From a virus, in IMG/VR virus record IMGVR_UViG_3300015374_000001, positions 30,197-94,196 of that record: a DNA stretch of 64,000 nt. One strand, written 5' to 3'. A model generated the notes under the pieces. The model worked only from the letters and a program-made list of their open reading frames with translations, ran no database searches and was not told the origin of the DNA. Below, one piece after another: positions 18,201 to 27,016 of the stretch; the stretch's first letter is position 1; each line of letters starts with the position of its first letter. The translations under genes and the position numbers were made by a program.

Positions 18201-18893
18201 AAGATGCGGACGGGCGAGCCAGAGGAATGGAAGAAACCTGCCATTTGTGAGAAGCACGATTCGACTGAGATTAAGGAAATGATTGAAGTCGATCCGTACT
18301 ACACCTATGCGGAGCACATTAAGTTCCACTACATGAAGGACAAGGAACCGCCTGAGCAGGAATTGATCGAGCCTTCTCAGAACGAAATCCTTGAGATGGA
18401 AAAAGAAGTGCTCGGTAATGTTGTGTCGCGTGAGACTGTGGTGCATCGCTATCAGGAATTCATTGAAGATCGTATTTTCTCTACAGCAGAGATAGAGGAT
18501 CTGCCGCACAAGCCTGAGGATCACAAACCCTGGTGCGACTGTGATGAATGCGAGGCAGCAAATATCGTGGTGGGCGGCGAGATATTGGCGGTCAAGCCTA
18601 TTGTCACTAAGAAGCAAAAGAAGGAAATGGCTTTTGTTGATCTTGCCTTCGGAGCAGATCAATATGCGATCACGATATTCCCGAAGGCATGGGCCGAGAA
18701 CAAGCACAAGATTAAAGACGCATCAGTGATCTTGGTGGCAGGCTTTAAGGACAATCGCAATCAGATTGTAGCTCAGCACATAGATGATGTTGAGACAATT
18801 GCAGTGGGCGAACAGCGGCGGAAGACGAAGGCAAGTCTTAAGAAAACAACGCGGAAGAAGGCGGGGACTAACCCATGGCTGAAGGCAGCTTAG
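15270..18893 (+). CDS. dnaE: DNA polymerase III alpha subunit
   Basis: PHP 'HLHKHSEFS..DG','AITDHG'; 'GRGSAAG'; 'FERFLNPDR..MPDIDLD'; 'YGFNKSHS'; C-terminal OB fold; no intein seen. Confidence 0.97.
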   Translation: MGLAHLHKHSEFSSIDGTGNANQYTKQGYKFEQEFMAITDHGRLGGVLDHVYVCQNPDKFDDPDDPTKKRGKDEKLIPLLGMEAYWRDNRFQEQKSYSSANHLTLIAGSLRGWRTLMRLSSKAWIPIDRKGGFKGKPCIDWEMLEADHEDLIVCSGCFASPLSQLILAGDQSGADEYCSRMQNLLGDRFWGEIMPHDLDEQRSINEGVINLSQEHGFGVVATGDVHIPYQEWEDTALVLKMVSTKQTLSKRAKKQEAGEDVYGERIDTIYLSPEDEFREQFAEYHEDIDEDIVDEAIANTEVLARSVKHFVISNATKLPKVAKTSLDAERIVKRWCKESQYPTGKPKNWQEYRDRYNYEFKVLRDKGVLDYFILVGDMVRWAKSRDALPGSDKRKRPIRVGLGRGSAAGCLISYLIGITAIDPIAWGLLFERFLNPDRVGMPDIDLDFETDLNDFETLDGKMVDGREMVKEYLKAKYGDDHVADIIAYQTFAPRVTIKEVAATQDLPYGFIKKVTDSIGDTERDLEKIAAENGLVRKLKTEHPYVWEQCLRLEDQILRDTRHAGGVLITPRPTNEYMPTQIGNDEITTVTAWADRADFQIISDYGFVKIDVLGVKGLAKQQLCVDLIADHYGDIVEPNDLPALRDPYNADQKALDAFTQGLTLGVFQFSGRGITNLLRHIKPDSTIDIAVANALYRPGPIKIAFEYGDRKNGKIPEADWYWHDAVEPILKETCGLIAFQEQVMEITKVIGNFTGGQADSMRKAISKLYRLPGDQARAFMQGFKDQWLEGCESNGLDETAAGVIWDAILEFAGYGFNKSHSASYALQAYQDMWLKVNYPLAFYAATLTIERKAKAEEDAEWKRGIFREAELFDVKIDPPDVNASERGFIIDGDRLRYGLVSVKGLGGLTVDQVKEVRPVSSFDDFARRTPSNFGADNAAALVKAGAFDSLGEDREALLAKTRRWAKNKYNVVMACGCKKMRTGEPEEWKKPAICEKHDSTEIKEMIEVDPYYTYAEHIKFHYMKDKEPPEQELIEPSQNEILEMEKEVLGNVVSRETVVHRYQEFIEDRIFSTAEIEDLPHKPEDHKPWCDCDECEAANIVVGGEILAVKPIVTKKQKKEMAFVDLAFGADQYAITIFPKAWAENKHKIKDASVILVAGFKDNRNQIVAQHIDDVETIAVGEQRRKTKASLKKTTRKKAGTNPWLKAA

Positions 18894-19588
18894 AAACTAT
18901 GCACGCGCGCCGTAAAGTTAAACAGGCGCTAGGTAATTTCTTTAGAGAGATGGAGCTTGAAGTTGAGCCGCTAGCTAAGAATGCGACCAAGCAGGATATA
19001 CGTCATCGCATCAAGAAAGCTCATTTTTATTTAGGTGATATCGAGAAGGATCAGACTGGCGATTTCGATAGTCATTTCCTACGCCGACTAGATCATCCTA
19101 ATGCGGCTCATCTAAATACTCGTGGGCAATTGATCCGTGGCAGAGTCAGGCGTAGGCGGCGACGCAACAATACGGCTCGTGGTATAGCGATGAAGTTATT
19201 CCGTGTCTGTAGCAAAATTTCTGATGCGCGGCCACGTTATGTATACGGCGGTGGACATGGGCCACTGCTTAGATTAATGCGGTCCAATGCCAATATGGAT
19301 TGCTCATCATCTACCTCACTCGCGCTCAAGCGTGCAGGCATGTTCAGTTTTCCTATCGCTTGGGTATCCGGCATGTTCGGTGGCTGGGGCCAAGAGGGCA
19401 AGGGTGATTGGTTCACTGTTTGTTGGCACAGCGGGCATGTATTTATTGAATTCTATAACTTGCCTAACAAGGGCGACTATTATCGCTTTGACACATCGCC
19501 GTGGGGTGATGGCGAAAGTGGTGCTCGTTTGAGAGATGGTGAGCGCGGATACGCACAATTTAAGTTCCGCCATCTCCCTGGACTTTAG
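18875..19588 (+). CDS. NlpC/P60-like peptidoglycan peptidase
   Basis: 'YVYGGGHG...DCSS' catalytic Cys, 'GHVF' His, 'RFDTS', 'RHLPGL'. Confidence 0.7.
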   Translation: MAEGSLETMHARRKVKQALGNFFREMELEVEPLAKNATKQDIRHRIKKAHFYLGDIEKDQTGDFDSHFLRRLDHPNAAHLNTRGQLIRGRVRRRRRRNNTARGIAMKLFRVCSKISDARPRYVYGGGHGPLLRLMRSNANMDCSSSTSLALKRAGMFSFPIAWVSGMFGGWGQEGKGDWFTVCWHSGHVFIEFYNLPNKGDYYRFDTSPWGDGESGARLRDGERGYAQFKFRHLPGL

Positions 19589-19599
19589 AAAGGAATAAG

Positions 19600-20817
19600 T
19601 TGCCGGTAGATCCTAGCCGCAAGGATGATTTCCTTGCCAAAATGCAAAGGTCGCTTGGGCCAGAGAGCGTCATCCGTGGCGCTGAATTAATTGCTCTGCC
19701 GCCGATCAAGCTGCCGTTTATGTCCCCGATGCTCACTTGGGCGACTACAGGAGGAATCCCGTGGGGGCATGTCTGCCGCTGGTATGGGCCAGAGCACTCA
19801 GGCAAGAGCCTCACAAACCTTGGATTAATTTGGGTAGCTCAGCATTACCACGAGGTACTTGAAGAGCAGTACGAATATCAGATCAAAGCAGTTGAAGGAA
19901 ATAATAAGTTCAAGGCGAAGAATAAGAAGGCCGAACTTAAGAAGCTGCTCGATAGATACCCCGAACAGCTTTCAGTAATGATGTGGGATACCGAGGGCAG
20001 ATTCGATCCCCATTTTGCTGAAGCGATCGGTATCGATGCTAAGCAGATCGAGCTATCGAATCACACGATCATTGAGGAAATTTGTGCGGGCATTCACGAT
20101 GGCTGGAATTCATTCCATATCCAGATAGTCGATAGTGCCTCAGCTACGCAAGCGGTGATGGAAGCTGGCATCAAACCTGGCGAATATACTCAAGGCGCTG
20201 GCCCACAAGCTTGGACTAAATGGCTCAAGCAGGCGCTCAAGGACCGCGACCGTAACGAGAACGTATTAATTATGGTAGATCAGCTTCGGAGCCAGCTTGG
20301 TCAAGCTCGAAACAAGGGACCGGCGACAGCGCCTCCGGGCATCCGCGCTCTGCGCCATCAGGCGTCCGTAGCAATTGAGTATGAAGCTGCCAAGCGCCTG
20401 TATCGGGATAAGAACGGAAACCTCACAGACGATTGGGAAAAAGCCGATCCTGATATCCGCTCATTAGGTACCGACGGCAAAGAGCCACACGGAGTACAGA
20501 TGAGTTGCAAGATCGTAAAAAATTCAACCGGGCGACCGTGGCGCAATGCCAAGATGCGTTTCGCATTTCCAGTGATGGATCACAGGACCGGTGAGGTTAG
20601 ATTCCCAATTGGTTTTGATCATGTCTGGGAATTACTTGAAATAGGTCTTCACTTTGACATAATCGAGAAGGGCGGTGGTGGAATGCATTACGTCCTTGAT
20701 GAAGATTTTGATCAGACCGGCGAGAAGTACAAAGGCGAATCAGCTATGCGTGTAGCACTGGCAGAAGATGAAGATTTGCAGGATCGAATCCTCACGCGCA
20801 TGTATCGAGATATGTGA
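19600..20817 (+). CDS. recA: RecA/UvsX recombinase
   Basis: 'GGIP.G', Walker A 'GPEHSGKS', 'DTEG.FD', 'IVDS', 'QLR', 'KN'. Confidence 0.88.
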   Translation: MPVDPSRKDDFLAKMQRSLGPESVIRGAELIALPPIKLPFMSPMLTWATTGGIPWGHVCRWYGPEHSGKSLTNLGLIWVAQHYHEVLEEQYEYQIKAVEGNNKFKAKNKKAELKKLLDRYPEQLSVMMWDTEGRFDPHFAEAIGIDAKQIELSNHTIIEEICAGIHDGWNSFHIQIVDSASATQAVMEAGIKPGEYTQGAGPQAWTKWLKQALKDRDRNENVLIMVDQLRSQLGQARNKGPATAPPGIRALRHQASVAIEYEAAKRLYRDKNGNLTDDWEKADPDIRSLGTDGKEPHGVQMSCKIVKNSTGRPWRNAKMRFAFPVMDHRTGEVRFPIGFDHVWELLEIGLHFDIIEKGGGGMHYVLDEDFDQTGEKYKGESAMRVALAEDEDLQDRILTRMYRDM

Positions 20818-21038
20818 TGCTTAGATTGCTAGTCCCAATAGTAGGTTTATTAGCTGTTCTAGTTATTCTTACAGCTACTAATTTACCGTTGAAGAATTTT
20901 GATGGCAATCTCTTTGAACCCGGTTGTGATTGGGGCAACCCTCATTGTGAGCGCGAAGACTATAGGGATATGTGTACTAAACATATTTCAATTACAGACG
21001 GTGAATATGTACGTTGGTGCAAAGGTAGGCATTGGTGA
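20814..21038 (+). CDS. Small secreted/membrane Cys-rich protein
   Basis: Hydrophobic N-terminus, 4 Cys. Confidence 0.45.
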   Translation: MMLRLLVPIVGLLAVLVILTATNLPLKNFDGNLFEPGCDWGNPHCEREDYRDMCTKHISITDGEYVRWCKGRHW

Positions 21039-21241
21039 CCAATCCATTCCTTGAGAAAGCCAACAACCCCTTCTTTAAGAAAAAGAAGCGCGTGCGAGTT
21101 ACATGGCAGCACTCCTATGGCGAGAGCGAGCACGTAGGCAAGGTCGTATTTGAAGACAAGAAACACCTGCACGTGCGTAATGCTCAAGGCGTGATGCTTT
21201 ATTTCTTCAAGAAGATCCCTCACAAGTTAGAAGTTCTGTAA
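21035..21241 (+). CDS. Small basic protein with two NPF motifs and an Sm/SH3-like core
   Basis: 'TNPFLEKANNPFFKKKK' then a beta-rich core; coupled to the next gene. Confidence 0.55.
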   Translation: MTNPFLEKANNPFFKKKKRVRVTWQHSYGESEHVGKVVFEDKKHLHVRNAQGVMLYFFKKIPHKLEVL

Positions 21242-22335
21242 TGGGAATCACGAGAAGCGAAATGTTTGCACGCTTTGGCGTGATGCAGCAGGTAGATGAG
21301 GTAACCGAAGCTGCCTATAAAATGCTTGAGCAGCAGTTATGGGAAGCTGGCGGCGATGATCCTCACGGCGAGCCTTGGCATGTGTCCTTTCATGCGTCGA
21401 GCTTCCCTGGTGGCGAGAATACCGCTTGTGGCCGCGCAGCTATTTATTCATTGATGGACGTTCCTAAACAATTCCAGTTCAGCCGTCGCTCACGGCAATT
21501 CATGGACATGGGCAAAGACATGGAGGATCAAATTGTTCGCCGCTGGCATCGGGCTGGCTTTCTACTCACACCTCCCCCTGAAGCGCCAACGCAATATCGT
21601 TTCGAAGACTCCGACTCCTGGCTTACCGGTTCGCCGGATGGAGTCATCATCAAACCGCGAGAAACCTCGCCGCACGTAGTAGATGTTAAATGTGTCCGCG
21701 ATAATACAGTTGATGAAATGCGGAATCTGATTCGTCAAGCCACTCCACGGCATGTAGCTCAGTTAAAAGTTTATATTGCTTTTGCCCATGAAGAGCATCC
21801 TTGGCGGAAGGTCAAGCGTTGCTTCAATAGCAGGCGACTCATCTTTGAATTGATAAATGGTGATGAGCGGATTGAAGTTTGCCCGCAGCATGGACAGAAT
21901 CCAGAATGCGTGGTCGAGGAAGAGCTAGAGCGTCCCTATTCTGGCTCGCTGTACTACGTCAGTTTCGATGATCCCAAGAAAACCTTTGAGTGGTACTACG
22001 AATATGACGAGGCTTTTATTCAAGAGGGGCGGGAAATCCTTCAAGGCTGGAAGGAACACTTCCTCAACAGCACCCTTCCGCAGACCAATTTCCAAAAGAA
22101 ACGCTGGTCCCACCCATTTAATTGGCAGTGGTCTAAGCCGGAATTCCCTTGCCAGTATTGCGACATGAAAAAGGTCTGCCAAGAAGACCATAACGATGCT
22201 CTAGAAAGCGGTAAATTAATTAATCTAGAGGATAGTCACGCAATTTTTCACGGTCAAAAGGTTCGAAAGGACTACAGCTACGAACAGGCCCGCGAGCGCG
22301 TTCTACGGCGCTGGGGGCTACTAGACGCGGCCTGA
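21241..22335 (+). CDS. Cas4-like PD-(D/E)XK exonuclease
   Basis: N-terminal 'C.R', 'G...E', 'GSPDG', 'DVK', 'QL..Y', C-terminal 'C.YC.....C'. Confidence 0.8.
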   Translation: MGITRSEMFARFGVMQQVDEVTEAAYKMLEQQLWEAGGDDPHGEPWHVSFHASSFPGGENTACGRAAIYSLMDVPKQFQFSRRSRQFMDMGKDMEDQIVRRWHRAGFLLTPPPEAPTQYRFEDSDSWLTGSPDGVIIKPRETSPHVVDVKCVRDNTVDEMRNLIRQATPRHVAQLKVYIAFAHEEHPWRKVKRCFNSRRLIFELINGDERIEVCPQHGQNPECVVEEELERPYSGSLYYVSFDDPKKTFEWYYEYDEAFIQEGREILQGWKEHFLNSTLPQTNFQKKRWSHPFNWQWSKPEFPCQYCDMKKVCQEDHNDALESGKLINLEDSHAIFHGQKVRKDYSYEQARERVLRRWGLLDAA

Positions 22336-22350
22336 GAACCGTGCTATGAT
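22322..22350 (+). promoter_or_regulatory. Promoter TAGACG-17-TATGAT (extended -10)
   Basis: TGCTATGAT repeated at 8282 and 12891. Confidence 0.6.
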
Positions 22351-22388
22351 CGCGCTCAGGCTAAACCCGGTACGAATGGAGGTACCTC

Positions 22389-23879
22389 TTGCTTGACAGT
22401 CTCAAGATTTCCGATGTAAATGCCCAGGCAATTCTGGCACTCGGAATCGCATTTGATGTATTTGATGATGACATTCCTGAGTCTCCGAAGGATCGGATGG
22501 AAGAGGCTCATAAATTAGTCGCCTTTGGAATTGAGGGTTTGCAAGGCGGCACAGATGATGAGGAAGTCGTTGAACAAATTAATGCCATCCTCGCGGCTGG
22601 TGGCGTTGAAGTAGACGGCGACGACGCGGAATTAGTTACTTTCGGCGAAGCTCCTGATCAGGATGAGCTTGAAGAACTTCTCTCGGAGCATGAAGTTGAG
22701 TTCGAATTTGAAGAAAGTGACGAGGAAGAAGAGGGCGACGAGGAAGAGGAAGTCGCCTTTGATGTTGACGACATAATTGAAGATTGGTCGTCAATGAAGT
22801 TGAAGGATGCCAAGGAAACTCTGACTGAGCTTCTGGCAGAGGAAGACGAAGAAGAGCAGCTTTCGTTTGAGGAAATTACCGCGCTGCTCGAATATGAGAA
22901 CGAGCAGGACAAGCCTCGCAAGTCCATCGTCACTCTGCTTGAGGGAGCCCTTGAGGAATTCGAGGGTGAGGAAGAGGAAGAACCTGAAGGCGAGGAAGAG
23001 GGCGAAGAGTCTGAAGAGGAAGGCGAAGAGGAAGAGCCCGAAGGCGAATTTGATGAAGAGCCGTATGAGGGCTACGACGAAGCCAAGGTTGGGGATCTGA
23101 AGGAAGTCATTGATGACGAAGATCGCACGGCCGAAGAGCTTGAGTACATCGCCGGATACGAAGAGGCTCACAAAAATCGCTCTACCATTCTCAAGCGTGT
23201 CAATGACCGCATTGAGGAATTAAGTGAAGAGCCAGAGGCCGAGGGCGAGGAAGAGCCTGAGGAAGAGCCGGAAGAGAAGCCCGCTAAGAAGCGTGGCGGT
23301 AAGAAGGCTAAGAAGGTTGATGCAGAGGAAATTGATGGCGACGAGCTTGAGGAAAATCTCCCGCCGCACTTCGCTGAATTAATCTCCGAGGATCACGCTA
23401 TCGGCGTGGCCGAGGAACTTGGCCTGAAGCCTGCTGATGACGAATATGAGCAGGAAGAGCTTCCGGCTATGCCTGACGATATCGCCGCAGAGGATCGCGG
23501 GGAATTGTCTAATCTCATGGCTCAGTACACAGCAGCGCATGGAACGGCTGCTTGGCTTGGGGCTCAGCAGTACACGCTTTCGAGCGGGTATGAGGAAGTG
23601 GCAGACTATTATGAAAATGCCGCATTCCTTGAGGCCGATGGTAGCGAGGCCACTAAGAAGGCGTCGGCCAAGACTGACGGCCGGGTGGTCTACTTCCGCA
23701 GCCAGCAGAAAAAGGCATACAACCAGTACGTTGTCATGCGCGATGTGAAGGACACGCTCAAGCGGCGTATAGAGACAATTAGCCGTGTGGGCGGATTCAA
23801 GGTCGATGCGGATGACGCTGAGGCTCAGTCGGCACCGGCAAAGCCCAAGGGACGCAGGACTCGCAGCCGTTCTAAGTAA
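22389..23879 (+). CDS. Hyper-acidic multidomain protein with two helical repeats and a coiled-coil C-domain
   Basis: Long E/D tracts; repeats 'YENEQDKPRKSIV' and 'YEEAHKNRSTIL'; basic C-terminal tail. Confidence 0.7.
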   Translation: MLDSLKISDVNAQAILALGIAFDVFDDDIPESPKDRMEEAHKLVAFGIEGLQGGTDDEEVVEQINAILAAGGVEVDGDDAELVTFGEAPDQDELEELLSEHEVEFEFEESDEEEEGDEEEEVAFDVDDIIEDWSSMKLKDAKETLTELLAEEDEEEQLSFEEITALLEYENEQDKPRKSIVTLLEGALEEFEGEEEEEPEGEEEGEESEEEGEEEEPEGEFDEEPYEGYDEAKVGDLKEVIDDEDRTAEELEYIAGYEEAHKNRSTILKRVNDRIEELSEEPEAEGEEEPEEEPEEKPAKKRGGKKAKKVDAEEIDGDELEENLPPHFAELISEDHAIGVAEELGLKPADDEYEQEELPAMPDDIAAEDRGELSNLMAQYTAAHGTAAWLGAQQYTLSSGYEEVADYYENAAFLEADGSEATKKASAKTDGRVVYFRSQQKKAYNQYVVMRDVKDTLKRRIETISRVGGFKVDADDAEAQSAPAKPKGRRTRSRSK

Positions 23880-24092
23880 ATGAACGGCACACCGAAGAAA
23901 GACGAGATGGAGAGGGAGGCGGGCACTTCGCTCGCCTCCCGCATTGTGGGCACGACCATCACGGTATTTGTTTTAATGCTGTTCGCATTGGTCGTGTTCA
24001 CGCTCGCCGCATTCGTCTACGGCATGGGCGAGGAAATACTGCCAGCGGTCAGACAGGCTGGCACTGACACAATTGAATGGGTTTTCTCATGA
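23880..24092 (+). CDS. Small membrane protein
   Basis: One long TM segment. Confidence 0.5.
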   Translation: MNGTPKKDEMEREAGTSLASRIVGTTITVFVLMLFALVVFTLAAFVYGMGEEILPAVRQAGTDTIEWVFS

Positions 24093-24211
24093 ATTGGTTC
24101 AGGAGTTTGATCTTGAACTATTGGACTAAATGTCCATTGCACGGATGGGTATTTGTAGGTCGCCATGACTACTGCCCACTGTGTAAGGCCTATGGGTATT
24201 GGGATGGATGA
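24089..24211 (+). CDS. 40-aa Zn-ribbon mini-protein (MNWFRSLILNYWTKCPLHGWVFVGRHDYCPLCKAYGYWDG), not in track
   Basis: ATGA coupling; CPxH...CPxC. Confidence 0.5.
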   Translation: MNWFRSLILNYWTKCPLHGWVFVGRHDYCPLCKAYGYWDG

Positions 24212-24385
24212 AGAGCCAGACACAGTTAGCCCAATTCCTCCTGACCGCCTGGTGATGATCCACTGCCAAGACATTGGTGATTTAGTACGGCATTACTGCG
24301 GAGTCGGCTCAAGCAATGTTCGAGCTTGCGATTTGCCTCATGGTTGCCCGAAGGTTGTATATATCCGTGAAGGCGAGAAGGCGTA

Positions 24386-24739
24386 ATGGCTCTCTATGAG
24401 TTGCGTATACGCGCAGGCCAATTTAGTTTATCGATAGACGATAAGCCTTTTGTAGTAGACCCCACGATTGATCATACATTTAAATTTTATATGTCTGATG
24501 ATCCTGCGAAGAGGTTGAGAGAAGCCGCCAGTGAACTTTTACGGCTTAAGGATGGGCCACGCGACGATGCTTACCAGACGGCTAAGGAACCGGCATGGCA
24601 GGCGCTTCGTGAGGCTTTGGCTTCTTCTCCTATGCCTGTGAAGCCAGAGGACAAGCCACCGTTCCCTTGCCTGGAACGCGACAAGCCAACGCGGCACGGT
24701 CCGTATGGCCCTGAGGGGGAAGAGAGAAAAGGAGAGTGA
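24386..24739 (+). CDS. Hypothetical protein
   Basis: Coupled ORF in the + strand gene run. Confidence 0.5.
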   Translation: MALYELRIRAGQFSLSIDDKPFVVDPTIDHTFKFYMSDDPAKRLREAASELLRLKDGPRDDAYQTAKEPAWQALREALASSPMPVKPEDKPPFPCLERDKPTRHGPYGPEGEERKGE

Positions 24740-24887
24740 GGCTTTTAGTAATAACATTAATGGTCTTTTCTAGTGGTGGCCATATAAATAATCATCATCC
24801 AAAAGCGTGTGCGGCGCTTTCACCTAATGCGTTGCAACGTTTACACCCCAATACTAGATGTGCAAGAAAAGCGCGGAGGAATGTGTC

Positions 24888-25568
24888 ATGGAAGATTCGA
24901 GCAGTCAGTTTTCCGCTAGTCAATGGTGGCAGCGAATTCCTGTTTTTGCGAAGGTAGTAATTGTTTTAATCGTCGCGTTCCTGTTATTTTGGATCGGTTC
25001 CTTTTTCATCGGAACTAACGCGAATGCAGCAGGGCCGACGCAGCAACAAATAGATCAGGTAAATTATTGTATGGCAGTGCCCGGAGGCTGCCCTTCTTTA
25101 GGGATTGTCACTTGGCCTGAGGAAAACACACCATCGGCCGGAGCGATTGCCTCGGGACCGAACGCAGGTGCAGCCTGTAAGTACGGCCTTAAGAATAAGT
25201 GGAGTTTGACTGCTTATTTTAAAACGATGGCTGTGGGTCAGAGTGTTCATGATTGGTGCTTTAAGAATGGCCGAATTGTCAAGCGAAATTCAACTAAATC
25301 AGTGAGCGTAAATGACTGGGGCCATTTCCTGCTCCGGTTCGTCGCTGTAGATCAGTGGGGGCACAATTATTGTGTCTACGCTCATCCAAGTGACACTTAT
25401 CCGACTAGCTGCGTGTATCGAGCACTTGGGATAATTGGTTGTTGTGCTGGAAAAGCATGGATTCAATCAACTAGCAGGTGTGCGGCGACAAGGATTTGTG
25501 CTTATGTTTGCGGGCCGAAGGGTGCCTATCACTCTCGGCAAATCGTCATGGGCAATTGCCCTAGTTAG
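24888..25568 (+). CDS. Secreted/membrane-anchored Cys-rich protein
   Basis: GGAGG RBS at ATG 24888; TM/signal ending 'ANA'; many Cys. Confidence 0.6.
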   Translation: MEDSSSQFSASQWWQRIPVFAKVVIVLIVAFLLFWIGSFFIGTNANAAGPTQQQIDQVNYCMAVPGGCPSLGIVTWPEENTPSAGAIASGPNAGAACKYGLKNKWSLTAYFKTMAVGQSVHDWCFKNGRIVKRNSTKSVSVNDWGHFLLRFVAVDQWGHNYCVYAHPSDTYPTSCVYRALGIIGCCAGKAWIQSTSRCAATRICAYVCGPKGAYHSRQIVMGNCPS

Positions 25569-25591
25569 TTAATAGGCTAGAGGCTAAACCA

Positions 25592-26071
25592 ATGCGGGTG
25601 TTAGGTATTGATCCATCTAGCTCTTGCGTTGGTTTAGCCCTAGTCGTAGATGGGGAATTGGCTTATACACGGATCTGGAAACCAAGCAAGCCCAAGGATA
25701 CTCACGCAAACAAATTAAAAGAGTACGAGGGCTGGCTAAAATTTCAGGTCAAGTTAGCTAATCCAGATATTGCAGCAGTAGAGCAATTAAATTATGCAAC
25801 ACGCAGGATAGATGTAGTACGAGTAATTTCGTATTATGAGGGCGTCAGTCTCCTTGTTTGTGCAAAACGAGTAGCAATCGTAAAGTCAATCATGGTTTCG
25901 ACTGCACGCGCTCATACGCTTGGCAAGGGCAATCTATCAAAGGAAGATTCGTTCAAGCAGGTCAAGCGTCTATTTCCGAAGCATAAATTTAGACACTTTG
26001 ACCAAGGGGGAGGGGACGAATCAGATGCCGCGATCCTCGCAATCGCAGCGCCTTCTGTCGCTGAGCAATAA
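25592..26071 (+). CDS. ruvC: Holliday junction resolvase RuvC-like
   Basis: 'VLGIDPS', 'AVE', 'G.G..SK', 'DESDA...A'. Confidence 0.88.
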   Translation: MRVLGIDPSSSCVGLALVVDGELAYTRIWKPSKPKDTHANKLKEYEGWLKFQVKLANPDIAAVEQLNYATRRIDVVRVISYYEGVSLLVCAKRVAIVKSIMVSTARAHTLGKGNLSKEDSFKQVKRLFPKHKFRHFDQGGGDESDAAILAIAAPSVAEQ

Positions 26072-26271
26072 TGAATATGCCTTTGGCTTCACTTTATACA
26101 ATTTGCATAAAAACTTAGGCGCAATTTGTAGAGAAAGTGAAGCTTCTGAGGCTAGAGTTACCCTTCATACTGGCGACGGAAGCCCGTATGATGTAATATT
26201 TAGGGAAGGCTCTATATTTGTTGAATCAGATAGGGGCTTCTCTGAGATGAATAACGCAATTCAGCCTTTTA

Positions 26272-26299
26272 TTGACCAGTTTGGTTAAGCTGCTATACT
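26272..26299 (+). promoter_or_regulatory. Promoter TTGACC-16-TATACT for the packaging operon, likely leaderless
   Basis: Extended -10; ATG 26309 lies 9 nt downstream with no SD. Confidence 0.6.
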
Positions 26300-26308
26300 G
26301 CCGCGCAA

Positions 26309-27016
26309 ATGGCTACAGAGCAGGCATTAGAGCCAATTGGGGGCGAGGATGATCTGGACGTTGGAATAACTGTCCAGCAGGTTCAGGCTCTCGACAAATT
26401 GGCTGAGCTAGGAGCCGAACCATATGGGGGCAAAGGCCCATACCACTCGGACCCTAAGATACGCGCGCTACAGCTTGTAGCTGAAGGTCGGCTTGGAGGA
26501 AATCAACGCGCCGGTCGCACGGGAGTTAGGAAAAAGCGCGCTTCACAAATTGTCTCGGATTGGGCAAGAGACAAGAAGATTGAGCAAATCAAGGCCGCTT
26601 ATAACCAAGCGCTTGACAGTGACAATGAACGCACTGCCATGGATGCAGCTAATCGCCTGCTCGATCTAGAGACAAAGAATGTCGAGATTGAACTTAAGGA
26701 GCATCAGTCTGATATCGACCAGATGGATAGAGAGGATTTGATAGTTGCCTTCCTTGAAGTCCTCAACCGAGAAGACACCCAAGAAACAATTAAAGACTTC
26801 ATCCCCGGCACCGCGCAAGAAATTAAAACGGAAGCGCTCACAACCGGAAACGGAAACCCCTCAGCCGAAGCAAATGGAGATTCCTCCGATGCTGGCAGCA
26901 ATGGGGTACACAATGGAGCGGCTTCAGCAGATGCCGGTGGAGGATCTGAGGGAGTTAGTAAAGCGCGCCCGAAGTCTCTCAAAAAAGTTAAAAGACGACG
27001 GCCCGCAAAACGATGA
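26309..27016 (+). CDS. Putative terminase small subunit
   Basis: Directly upstream of and overlapping TerL; helical. Confidence 0.55.
   Translation: MATEQALEPIGGEDDLDVGITVQQVQALDKLAELGAEPYGGKGPYHSDPKIRALQLVAEGRLGGNQRAGRTGVRKKRASQIVSDWARDKKIEQIKAAYNQALDSDNERTAMDAANRLLDLETKNVEIELKEHQSDIDQMDREDLIVAFLEVLNREDTQETIKDFIPGTAQEIKTEALTTGNGNPSAEANGDSSDAGSNGVHNGAASADAGGGSEGVSKARPKSLKKVKRRRPAKR

Noticed and set aside
15270-20817. Inteins or introns in dnaE/recA
   Set aside because: Continuous ORFs; insertions lack splice-junction motifs
21241-22335. Cas4-like gene as part of a CRISPR system
   Set aside because: No repeat-spacer array or other cas genes; solo Cas4-like nucleases are common in phage recombination blocks
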